A stretch of 64,000 bases of DNA, taken from positions 558,001 to 622,000 of the forward strand of contig OZ218952.1 of the NCBI GenBank assembly GCA_965112735.1, in the 5' to 3' direction. The stretch is from Phaeosaccion multiseriatum. Its lineage: Eukaryota > Protista > Ochrophyta, other classes. The position numbers and the translations under genes were made by a program. Under the pieces are notes generated by a model that was given only the letters and a program-made list of their open reading frames with translations, was not told where the DNA came from and ran no database searches. Shown one piece after another: positions 41,320 to 51,798 of this stretch; positions within the stretch are counted from its first letter, which is position 1; every line of letters starts with the position of its first letter.

Positions 41320-41497
41320 TACACTTGCCTCAATGTCCTGTACGCCCTTGCCTTATCCCTTTTGCCTCCTACACGGCCTTGTCACTTCCCTTTGCCCCCC
41401 TACACGGCCTCGTCACTGACCGCCCGCCCACCCACTGTCCCAAATAAGACAGAAATAGACCTCCTCGACACCAAATGTCGATATCCTGCCCATACAC
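41320..41497 (+). repeat. Dispersed direct repeat, copy 1 (pairs with 62431-62631)
   Basis: cttgcctcaatgtcctgta(c/t)gcccttgcctt..cctacacggccttgtcacttccctttgcccc..ctgcccatacac is shared by both copies. Confidence 0.9.
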
Positions 41498-42211
41498 CTT
41501 TCCCCATGCCCTCTTCTGCCATCCCCATATCCTCCCCTCTGCTGCCATCTGCATCTCCTCAGACTAAGCCTGAGGCAATGGTCAATGAGGGGGATTGAGT
41601 CAAGCCAGGGGGGAGAAAGGAGAGGGTCGGCCCCAGGCGAGGTTTCTCTGGCCCCCGATAAGCAGAAGCCAGAGGCGGCCTGCGACCGAAAGCCGAGAAG
41701 CCAGGGTCTAGGCTGCGACCAGCAGAAGCCAGTCACCAGCGGGAAAGAGCGACAAGCCAGAAGCCAGAGGCGGCCTACGGCCGAAAGCGAAAAGCCGAGA
41801 AGCCAGCGCTGGCCTGCGGCCAGAAGCCCGAAGCCAGGAAGGGCCTACGAGGCCAGAAGCCAGAGAAACTTAACCTTGCCTGGGGCCGAAGAGGGGGGAA
41901 ATCGCCACAATGTTGGGAAGTCAGGGAGGGAGGGAGGGAGGGAGGGAGGGAGGGAGGGAGGGCGGGAGGGAGGGAGAGAGGGAGGGGAGGGAGGGAGGGA
42001 CGGAGGGACGGAGGAAGTAAGTAAGGGAGCGACGGAGGGAGGGACGGACGGACGGACGGAAGGGGGGAGGGAGGAACGGACGGAGGGGGGATCGGATCGT
42101 TCGCGTGAGCTCTGAGAACATATCGATGTGGATATGAATTGATAAGGTCAGGAAACTGAAACTGAAACTCCACCACCCTTGCCTGCCGCCATCGATCCGC
42201 AATGTCTGACT

Positions 42212-42358
42212 ATGAACGTATTTACCGCTATCACCAACTGTAACACCAACTTGTTGAAGGCGGATCCCCATAAGCTGGACATGCACAGCTACAGTTGCTT
42301 GCTTTACGCTGCCATCCGCGGCTGGGGGGACACGGTAGAGCTGCTGCTGGAGCAGAAG
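42212..42358 (+). pseudogene. Orphan ankyrin-repeat-like exon or gene fragment
   Basis: SCLLYAAIRGWGDTVELLLEQK fits the ankyrin consensus and ends at an AG|GTAAGG donor. No downstream exon is recognisable because the LINE remnant follows. Confidence 0.5.
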
Positions 42359-42429
42359 GTAAGGGAGTGAGTGAGTTTTGTAGAGGGAGGGAACGTTCTT
42401 GTGGGAGAATTGGTGCTCCACTTCCTTAT

Positions 42430-43106
42430 GCATACGCACAGACGCCTCCTCACCGGGATGCTCCCCTCCGTCGAGGATACCATGTTCAAGCAGAACTTCG
42501 TCTCCCGCGTCGGACACGAGAGCTCGGAGTAGCTATTTCCTCCCCCCGCACAATATTGCCCGGACCTTCCGCCGCATGGACGCCACCCTGCCCCGGCGCG
42601 CCCTCTCCGCAGCTCGCGACCCAACCTATGCCCACCCGGCGCACATGCTCGACCTAACCCTGAGAAAAAACATCCGCAGGAAGGTTCTGATATGCCCCAC
42701 ACGGACACCAGACCGGGAGCGGCAGCAGCCAACAGCGAGACCCGCAAGGAGCGGCACTACGCCAGCACTTACGACCGAGAGCGGGTTCGCCTCACCACCT
42801 TCGCCATCGAGACCCACGGACGACTCGGCGCACAGGCACGACGCCTACACGCACTCGCCGAGCACGTCGTCTCCCGCACGGGCCGCACCGGCTCCTCCGC
42901 CACCAAGGGCCACGTCCTGACCAGGCTTCGCCGTCTCGTCAGCTGCAGCCACCAGATGTGATATGTGCTCTCGGAGCGAGAGCGCATTCCTATTCCCGGA
43001 CCTGCACTCCTCCCTCTCCCCGACCAAGAGGGGGAGTAACCGGCCTCCCGCGGGCCCCAGAGACACAGAGACACATGCACACACACACACACACGCACAC
43101 ACACAC

Positions 43107-43160
<54 letters not shown>
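42430..43160 (+). mobile_element. 5'-truncated, frameshifted non-LTR retrotransposon (RLE/CRE-like endonuclease C-terminus) with (CA)n tail
   Basis: RRMDATL..HMLDLT, then AAANSETRKERHY..FAIETHGRLGAQA..RLVSCSHQ, the C-terminal restriction-like endonuclease motif of early-branching LINEs. (CA)n run at ~43076-43160. Confidence 0.7.
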
Positions 43161-43164
<4 letters not shown>

Positions 43165-43309
43165 TTGCAGTTTAGTCAAATCTTTTGGAAAATCTTTTTT
43201 TTTCAAAAAAAGGCCGCCCTCCCCCCAAATAAAATTTTACTTCCTTTTTATCTTTTTTTTTCTTGATCAAGCTTGACCTTGAACATCCAGAGAGAGGTTG
43301 CGCATACAA

Positions 43310-43470
43310 TCGACCCCTGACGTGCTATTATGCTATCTGCGATAGCATGCTATTGGGCGCCCCGGCGCCCAATAGCATGCTATTTGCACTCGGCGAATAG
43401 CAGATAGCACGCCGGCTGGCGCCGGCGAATAGCAGATAGCACGCCCCGTCGCGCCGGCGATAGCAGACGC
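43310..43470. repeat. Left TIR, perfect 20-bp-stem palindrome (43342-43383) and subterminal ~30-bp repeats
   Basis: atagcatgctattgggcgcc-cc-ggcgcccaatagcatgctat, followed by 2-3 units of atagcagatagcacgccggctggcgccggc. Confidence 0.92.
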
Positions 43471-43639
43471 CCTGCGACAGCCTTTCCACTCCTAGCTGCC
43501 TGCCTAATCAGCATACGTCGAGCGCAGAGAGTATGCGAGCCTTCAGTCTTATATTACCAATACAATGGTGGCTGGGCGAACCTTGGCGTTCCCCTCTCCC
43601 CCCATCTCCCTCTCTCGCGAGGCAGCCATCTCTCCTTCA

Positions 43640-46469
43640 CTAACCCAGGACGCACTTATGCAAGGCCGAGTTGTAAACGTCGGGCAAGGAACCGTTGCGC
43701 ATCCCGGAGCTCAGGTACGCCCGAAAGAGGCGAGTTCTCTCTGCCTCATACTCTTCGCAGGTCAGACACGGCAGCCCACACGCGGCCAAGAAGCGGTCCA
43801 CGGTCTCCTTCTTTGCCCCCGCCGCACTAGACAAAATCGCTACACCGTCGTCCCTTTCCCAGCTGTTGTCTTGCTCAACACCATAGAGCACTTTGCGCAT
43901 GGGGCTGGTGTCTGCCACAGCCAATTTCGACATGAATAGAGCTGTTGCCGGACCGCAAGAATTCGAGCCGGCCTTCTGCTGTGGCACACCAACAAAGACC
44001 TGCCGGAATCGGAGGGCTGCCGTCCCAGGGGCTCTTTCGTCCTCCATGACCTTCTCCACATACACCTGCGTCGCTTGGAGCACTCGCTTCGAAGGGTGGT
44101 GACCGAGGCGCCCATTTCGGACCGTATCAAAGTGCAGAATGTACGCCATAGCACCCTCCCCGTCGTCACTAGCTGCAGAGGTAGGTAGAAGGACAGCGAC
44201 AGTCGAGAAATGGCCGCTGAAACTCGCAGGGAGGAGGAGGAGCTCACACTTCGTCATTGTAAGACCAGACTCCCTGTAACCTTTCGGCAGGAACCCTTTC
44301 GGAGCCGTCGCCAACACGTTGGGCATGGGGGAGTTCTCCACAGCTGGGTTGAAAATGTGACCAAGAGACGCGCACGGGAGTAGTGCCCTGTTTCCGTTCA
44401 CGGATACAGTGGTCATCATCGCGTCCAAAAAGAAGGAGGTGTACTCCCCCTTTTCCTTGTGCATGTCCTGCTCAGCGCCGAGGACAAGCAGCCTCGCCTT
44501 CATGTCCCCTGTCAGCTGCTCAGCGTCGGCCACTGATTGTGCCGCAGGCATGGCCCTGCTTTTCTTCTGGTGGGAAGAAGGGCTGCTGCCCCCCTCCTGC
44601 TCCTCCTCCTCCTCCTCCTCCTGCTCCTCCTCCTCCCCCCCCTCCTGCTCCTCCTCCTCCTCCTCCTCCTCCTCCTCCTCCTCCTCCTCCTCATCATCAT
44701 CATCATCATCATCACCACCACCATCATCCTCCTCCTCCTCCTCCTCCTCCTGCTCCTCCTCCTCCTGCTTCCCCAACGCCGTCTTCAGTAGGAAGTGAGA
44801 GAGTGCAGCTTGCATGCTTTTCTGACCGCTCGATGAGTGGGAGTCTCTGTGGCGCTTAACGCCAGACAAATGAGTCCACTGAGGCTTGTACTTGCCCTTC
44901 CCGGCGCTCTGACAAGCAGGCCTGGTGCACACAACAGATACCAGCATATCCAATGATGTTCTGGCGTGTCTGATGGAGAAGTTCGCTTTGGCCTCAAGCT
45001 GAATCAAAGCTGGCGTATGGATCTTCACGAAGCTTGCTGCATCACCGACCTTGCTTCCGCTGAGAGTTTGCATCTCCACATCAGGCATTTCCCGCAAAAG
45101 ATAAAAGAACTTGGTTCCTTGCGCGTGGAGCCAGCTCTTCGCCTTCTTCGTCAGTGCCCCCTCTTGCCCCGCCTTCCCGCCTTTCGTCCCGCCGGCACTC
45201 TCTCCCTCACTATCACTGGTGGTCTCACTGACACGGGCAGCACCACCTCGATGACCTGCCTTCTTGGGTGGGGTATGGGTCGAAAAATCTGTGGCGCTGT
45301 CCAGAGATTGGGTAGGGAAAGACAGGCAAATTTGCACGTTCTCCTGCTGTCTCGCCCCTGATTTCGGGCGTAGCTCGCAGTACAGATCCAGTCTCCACCG
45401 TTTGTCGGGATCGATACGGCCCGGAGGGAAAGTGTAGAACGAGCGCACCTGTATTGGGTGTGTGTTGGAGAAAGAGACAGAGAGGGGCGGGGGGGGGGGC
45501 GGGTTTAAGAAAGGGTTGCTGCCGTAGCAGACAATGCACAAACATCGAGAGGCAGTTGTACCCGACACGTACCACGCGGCGCAGGGAGACGTCGTCGCGG
45601 ATTGTATCCAACCCTCTGCCACGTCTGAATGCCGTGGAGGCTCTGATCGTGATGTCGTTCTTCTTTTGTTCCGTCTGAAAGAGCAATTCGCTGGTCAAAT
45701 GTCCACGGAAGGCCTTGAAGCTGGAGAATCGCTTGTCTTCATTAGCCAGCTGGAACGTGTAGGGCAAGGTCTCGAAGAGCTCGGTCGTGTTGCAGGACAC
45801 CGATGTGCCGAGACTGAAATCAGCCTCGACGGGGTTGAGGCATCCTCTTGGAAATGTCCCCACATGCGCGAACATGAGAGGGGTAGGTTTTGCCTGTCCC
45901 ATCCCTGCACTCAGGGGCAAGGCATAATCGAAGTCTTGTGCCTCAGAAGACGATGCCAAGGTTGCCGTACTCTGGAGATAGGTGTCCTCAAGCCGCCCCC
46001 CCTCCTCCCACCCCAGCTCGTGAGAAGCGTGTTGTGAATGGCTGCTTCGGCGTACTCCCCTGTCGCTGGGACTTTGGTTCCGACGCATTTCCCTCGCGCC
46101 TGCTGGGAATCCTCTTTCGCTGGGACTGCGGCCCCGTCTCCCTTTGCTTCGACCCTTTTCTCCTTCCCTCCTCCCTCCTCCTCCTCCGGATCTGGGTCGG
46201 CTCCGACTCCTGCTGGTACTTCTCCCTGCCCTCCTCCTCTCGGTGTCCTTCCCCCTACTCCGACTCCTGCTGGCATTTCTCCCTCGCTTCCTCCTCTCAC
46301 TGTGCTTCTCCCTGCTCCAACTCCTGCTGGCACTCCTCCCTCTCCTCGCCCTCTCAGGGGCCTTCTCCCGGCTCCGACTCCTGCTGCCAACTGGACTTGG
46401 CGTGCCTCTCCTGCTGTTGTAGTAGTCGCCCCCCCCCCCCCAACTCCTCCCTCCATCGCGGCCAGACAT
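43640..46469 (-). CDS. Transposon-encoded Ulp1/SENP (C48) SUMO-protease-like protein, ~901 aa, with RS-rich N-terminus and a possible C2H2-like Zn site
   Basis: join(46469-45573, 45448-43640), phase-0 GT-AG intron. Catalytic motifs SGHFSTVAV (His), ILHFDT (Asp), VPQQKAGSNSCG (Gln/Cys). RSRSRSR repeats in exon 1. CTRPAC..KRHRDSH. Confidence 0.85.
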
Positions 46470-46565
46470 GAAGGACTTTTGAACCAGTGGGGCCCAGCCA
46501 TGGGCCCAGCCAGCTATAAGCCAATAAAGATTCTGCCGTTTCACATTTGGCCACAAACAAAGGCG
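46470..46565. promoter_or_regulatory. Candidate compact bidirectional promoter between the two transposon genes
   Basis: 96 bp between the divergent ATGs (46469 on -, 46566 on +). Contains two gggcccagcca copies, TATAA and CCAAT. Confidence 0.45.
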
Positions 46566-49500
46566 ATGGGCGCCGCGGGCTCGTCCGCGACAGAAGAAGA
46601 CCATGGGCGGGTGGCTGTGACGGAAGACGCGGACAGCGGGCGTGTAGAGCTTACCCGGGACGTAAACGATGTCGACATTGTTCCCTTTGCGATCCAATTC
46701 CATCTTGATCGAGGGCACTTTACTCGGAGTCACTTCATGTATCAAACGGTGCATCGTTGGGTCATGAACAGCGGCCTTTGGTCCAGGCGTCAGACTGTGG
46801 CCGCGAGCAAGCAGCTCAATGGCTACGAGACGCTGCGACAGTTTAATGAGACCCAGCAGAACGTATTTGGTTCAGCATGCTCCATGCTCTCCTATGGGGC
46901 ACCCCGCAGAAAGAAGGTTCGTGGCCCCAACGTCTCCAGGGACCAGGCCATGAAGGACTACTTCCGCAGGGCGAACACAGGCGGCTTTCATCCGAGAGCA
47001 CTCATTAGGCGCAGGCCTGGCCTAATCAAGAGGTACGGTCTGCAAGTCGAAGACATTATCAACGTCGTCAATGTCTTCGCCCGCTTCTGTGCCGACCAAG
47101 CCTACACTCTTGGCGACAAAGGCAACGAGAAGATTGTGGTTCCCGTGACTGTCAAAATGGATGGCTTCGTCATTGCCAAGGGCCATCATACTGATACAAC
47201 CAGCCAAACCAATTGGGGCAATGCACATCAGTTTGGAAATACAACACTGGAGCAGGCGAAGGCAATACTGGAAAAGTCTGATGCTCAGGTGCGTGGCGTC
47301 CCCTCCTTCCCACTGATCTTTCGGGGCAGAATCACTGTTGATCCATCGTCAATCTTAATCACGCCTCCTCGCTCGCTCGCTCACGCTGCAGCCCCGCCTT
47401 TGCTTCGCCTCCTGTCAACCCTCCCTTATCGCTACTCGTTCTGTTCCAGCTGCGAGACGAGGACGCACCTAAGCTGGGTTCCGAGATGATGGAAGTTATG
47501 ATGATGGATCTGAAAGGGGCATACACGGGCTCCATCGGTTTTCAGCTTCACACCGCAGGGGGTGACTACAAAAGTGTTGCCGCGAGCGTGACCGAAATCA
47601 TGAAGGCGCTGCGTGTTTGCATCCCTTGTCTCGAGCTTTTCTGGCAGCGGATTCTGACGGGGGAGAACCCCTCGTGGGTGGAGATGGGCGAGGCGTGTGA
47701 TTGCCACCAAGCTTGTCCCACCGGAGGGGAGGGTCCTTGCGGTGAAAGTGAGTGCGTTTGCGCGACTCAGTTCTCCAGCAGAGTCTGCTCGAGGTGCAAG
47801 AGGAAAGGGCTCGTGTGCAAGAGTCTCCGACCATTGTGCATCTCAACAGACTGTAATGGCGCACAGCTTGCCTTCATTCGGAAAATGGCGGCAAGAACCC
47901 TCGGAGAGGACGACCCCCTGGGGTGGTATGAGGCACTGCCTGACGGGGCTCACCTTGTAAAGTGTGTTCGTGCTACGACATTCAATTGGTGGGTCGTCTG
48001 CCAGGGCTGGCTAGTCGGACTGCGAACTCTTCGCGCCAGATTCCACGATCTGGACCCGGCTCGAAGTGAAGCAGTACAAGCCAATGTTGGCCTTGACGCC
48101 ATTGAAAACAAGGATCCTTTCTCAGTGGAGAGCGCAATCGCTGTTACGACGGCGTCTCTGCAGTTGGCTCTACTCTCAGAGGAGGAGCGGGAGAAGCGCC
48201 GTGCTCTCGTGGGGGTGACCGTGTGCCCGGAGCCGTGGGGTTTCTGGCATCAGAACATGGCCTCGCAGACTCAGAAGCCGACTGGTATGGGCTACCATCA
48301 TGGCTCTGGCATGATCTTCAACGCCGATCGTTCAGGCAGGCATCTGCGCATGCTCAAGGCCCATCATGTGCCTTGTACCACAGAGGTTGTTCTGCGAGAC
48401 GACTGCTTCCAGAGTCTTGGGTCTCTCGTCGTGGTTGGCGACTACGTGTACATGTGTGACAGTGGAGCGAATCAGATTTGGGTGGTGCATGTGCTGGCCG
48501 CTCTTCCAGGAAACAGGGGACCCCGCGCGGCGGCGGAGGAGGGCGACGATGATGATGACGACGACCAGCAACCGGACGGGCATGTAGCAGCGCGTGGTCG
48601 GGGGAGACAGACTCAGCAACGGCATTTGAATTTGAAGGCAGTGCCCTTGGTCCGTCGGATCCAGGAGCGTTGCACTTCTGAGGAGAATGTCCTCGAGGAG
48701 AGAGAAGAGGAGGGCATCCGTTGCCCCGTTGCCATTGCGCTTGCCGTGTCCTCTGAGCGCGCGTTCGACCTCTTTGTCACCCAAGAGGAACCTGGCGGGG
48801 GGGGAGCACTACACCGGCTCTCATTTGACGCTGGCAACCTTTTGCACCTGTGAGCGAGAAGCTGTGTGACCTACCCAAGGGACCTGCGGGCCTCACAGCA
48901 CTCTCGCATGACTGCGTTGCCTGCATCGCCGACAGCTCGCTTTTTGTCTGGGAGGGCAATGTGGAACGTGCCGGAGGACCAGAGGGTGGCAGTGGCAATG
49001 ACGGAGATACACTCATGGCTCTGACTGATGACGAGGAAGATGGTACTGTTGAGAAGCCAAGGCGCGCACACCTCACGTGCGTGAAGTCTCACGTGGGGAC
49101 TCAGCCTTGTGGACTCACGTTGGCCCCACCCGGTGCATACGATGATGAAGATATGATCGTCATCCTCATGCTAGATGAAGGTTTGCATGCGCTTGTCAAG
49201 GTTCTCCTTCGTCGTGACAGTGGGGTGCTAAGCTGGAAGGGATCATCCGTGCTGATGGGCGGACAGGGAAACACAGAACCCGGAGAGAGCACTGCCAGCG
49301 GTACGGCATCGAAAGTACCTTTGTTCAGACCTACGTTCGGCTGCTTCGTGTACAACGCTTTCTTCTTGTCCGACACTGGAAACCAGTGCATTCGAATGAT
49401 CTCGGACTGCTACGTCTACGCCCAGCACCTCATCCCACTACAACGGATGTTGAGTGAGGCGTATCAGCTCCAGGGCGAAGACTTGGATGAGAATGGCAAA

Positions 49501-51319
49501 GACATGCAAAACAACGCACGCACGATGGAGGAGAGCATTGCCAAGCTTCATGTGGTCGACTTGGCTCTCAGTCACATGGGGAAAGCGATATCAGCTGCCA
49601 CAGGCAAATCCCTGGTCTCTCTCCAGGGCCCTGAAGGAATGCCATCACGCGAAGTTCGAGGTGCTATCAAGGCGAGCCTGCAGGCACTACCTCGGATGCT
49701 ACATCGGATGCTTGCAGAGGTGAGAAGGGGGTGCTCCCCATGGCTGTGTGCGTGTGTGTGCGTGAGTGCGTGAGTAAAAATGTCCGTGTCCGTGGGCGCG
49801 TGCGTTTGGAAATCAGCCTTGCCCTTTCGTCTCACGGCTTCGCTGTTCGCTCCTTGCTTGATGCTTCCTCGCTCATTTCCGTCAGCAGGGAGTGCCTCGC
49901 GGCATCGTGGAGAAGATGCAGATGAGGAGCGTTTTGACCCTCAATGTTGAGACTTTCTTCACGAAGCAAAGGGAAGGCCGCCAGGATGTTCCAGACGCTC
50001 TTGAGTATGCCCGAAGAAGGGGCCTTGTGATGCTTGAGGCTGCGAAGAAGGCCAACCCCAGCATGGGCTTTGCCTACTGCACAAGCAGCGTCAACAGCAG
50101 CGGTCGAAAGCTCAGGGCGGGATACCAGCTGGAGCAAAACGAGAGCAGATTGGTGGCTTCACCCGTGTTGAAGCGACCAAGGGTAGCGGAGAAGCTTGAC
50201 GAAGGGCAACGGAAGCAGCGCAAGAAGGACACGCAGGCGCTTCGCAATGCGGCGGCTCGTCTTAGGAAGGTTCCGCAGCAGCGTGTAACCAACAAGAGGA
50301 AGTACAATGTTGGAGCGGCCCCGCGTTCGGTGGCGTTTGCTCCCAACTCTGCGCAAAGCAACGACCCGAGTGGATACCTGTCGCGCTTGCATGAGAGCTC
50401 GGGAGCGAGGAAGCGCGGACAGAAAGGACGGAAGACCGGTGAATCCGTCCGAACTCGCATTCTCTACAGGGCAAATGACGTTGTGATAGTCAGGGCAGAC
50501 AAGGGGTCGGAGGAGAGCTTTTTTCGTGCACAGCTTCGCGTCGATCTTCGGAAGGAGGTGATCGTCTCGAAGAAGGGACGAGGCTCCAAGCAGAAGGTGG
50601 TTCCGGCAAAGCCTGGTGTTTCATACTTTCACGTCGCTGAACAGGACTCTACCGACGAGTCCCAGGACGGGGATGGGGCTGCAGCAGTCGTCTACGAAGT
50701 CGACGGCGGGAAAGAGGCTTCTGTGTCTTGTGCTGCCATTTATGGCGCATTGCCCCGCTACCACGAAGCAATGTACATCGAAGGCTCACATGCAGCTTCA
50801 GGAGGGGTGTGCGCGCAGAGAAGGCTTCGGAGGTTTGCCATCACGGAGGAGCAGCACGAGGAGTGCAAGCAGATTGTCAACAGAGAGGCGGAGGGCCAAG
50901 AGGTGGCCAAGGCGATGGGATACGCCCCCCCCGACCCAAGCGTGCACATGGGAGAGGACATGTCTGAGGACGATAGCAGTGATGGCGAGCAGGAGGCGCT
51001 GAACCTGAGAACACTGCGCAAGAACATCATCGGAAAGGTGGTGGGGGCGATGTCCTCACGTGGGCGCACGGTAAACAAGCCCGAGAGTTATGGGGCTTTG
51101 TCTCGTGGCACGGCAAAAGCAGCAGACTCTAGCTCCAGCGAAGCCACTGCATGTCTAGTCTGTCAGAAAGATGTTGACCACGACAAAATGTTGCTATGTG
51201 ACGGCTGCGATGAGGAGTTTCACACGTACTGCCTGACCCCTCCCCTCTCTACGCTTCCTGAAGGGGACTGGTATTGTGATGGAGTGAATGCTGCCTGCTC
51301 TAGTGGTAAAAGTGACTGA
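46566..51319 (+). CDS. Putative DDE transposase (~1,450-1,475 aa) with Cys-rich insert, internal NHL beta-propeller and C-terminal PHD finger; one frame break near 48840
   Basis: Exons 46566-47288, 47450-49719, 49889-51319. Candidate catalytic motifs: VKMDG (D 47160), STDCNG (D 47849), PDGAHLVKCVR (DxxH, 47942), NVETFFTKQR (E 49949). NHL-like blades: KPTGM..IFNAD, VYMCDSGANQIWV, RPTFGC..FLSDTGNQCIRMI. PHD: CLVC..MLLCDGCDEEFHTYCLTPPL..PEGDWYC. Confidence 0.8.
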
Positions 51320-51569
51320 TTGGCGAGCACAATGTCGATCGGGCCGTCCGCCGGCTGAGCTAGCGGAGAGCCAGTCAATCACAGGGCGGAGAGGTAGGGG
51401 TGCACGGGCAGCAGGTCAGCCAGGCCAGGCAGAGGGTGGACCTTGATATACTCCCTTAGGCATACTATACAAGAACTGACGCGAATTAATGGCAATGAAA
51501 CACGTGTGAGTTGCTTCCTCCGCTCCTAGCCCCCCGCACGCGCACCCTCCCACCCCCGACCCCGGGGGG

Positions 51570-51698
51570 GCGAATAGCACAAAACGCCGGCTGGCGCCGG
51601 CGATAGCACATAGCACGCCGGCTGGCGCCGGCAATAGCAGATAGCACGCCGGCTGGCGCCGGCGATAGCAGATAGCATAATAGCACGTCAGGGGTCGA
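51570..51698. repeat. Right subterminal ~30-bp repeats (about 3 units) plus right TIR
   Basis: Units of atagca(c/g)atagcacgccggctggcgccggc run into the TIR at 51668-51698. Confidence 0.92.
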
Positions 51699-51798
51699 AT
51701 ACAAGCAAGGGACGTGTATTCATACATCACGCACAGAGTGCAGCAGCAACGAGCACACTAGTGCAGCAGCGAGCGTGGGTTGTCGACAGCGCTCCGTG

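Larger units (their letters stand above)
43310..51698. mobile_element. Full-length 8,389-bp TIR DNA transposon with 6-bp TSD
   Basis: Left TIR 43310-43340 TCGACCCCTGACGTGCTATTATGCTATCTGC is the exact reverse complement of 51668-51698. ATACAA flanks both sides (43304-43309 and 51699-51704). Two internal divergent genes. Confidence 0.95.

Noticed and set aside
46038-46499. Pro-rich N-terminal extension of the transposase ORF
   Set aside because: It is the antisense shadow of the RS-repeat exon of the Ulp1 gene.
43310-51698. Polinton/Maverick or virophage, suggested by the 6-bp TSD and a cysteine protease
   Set aside because: No PolB, packaging ATPase, capsid or retroviral-type integrase. The TIRs are short and the element is only 8.4 kb.
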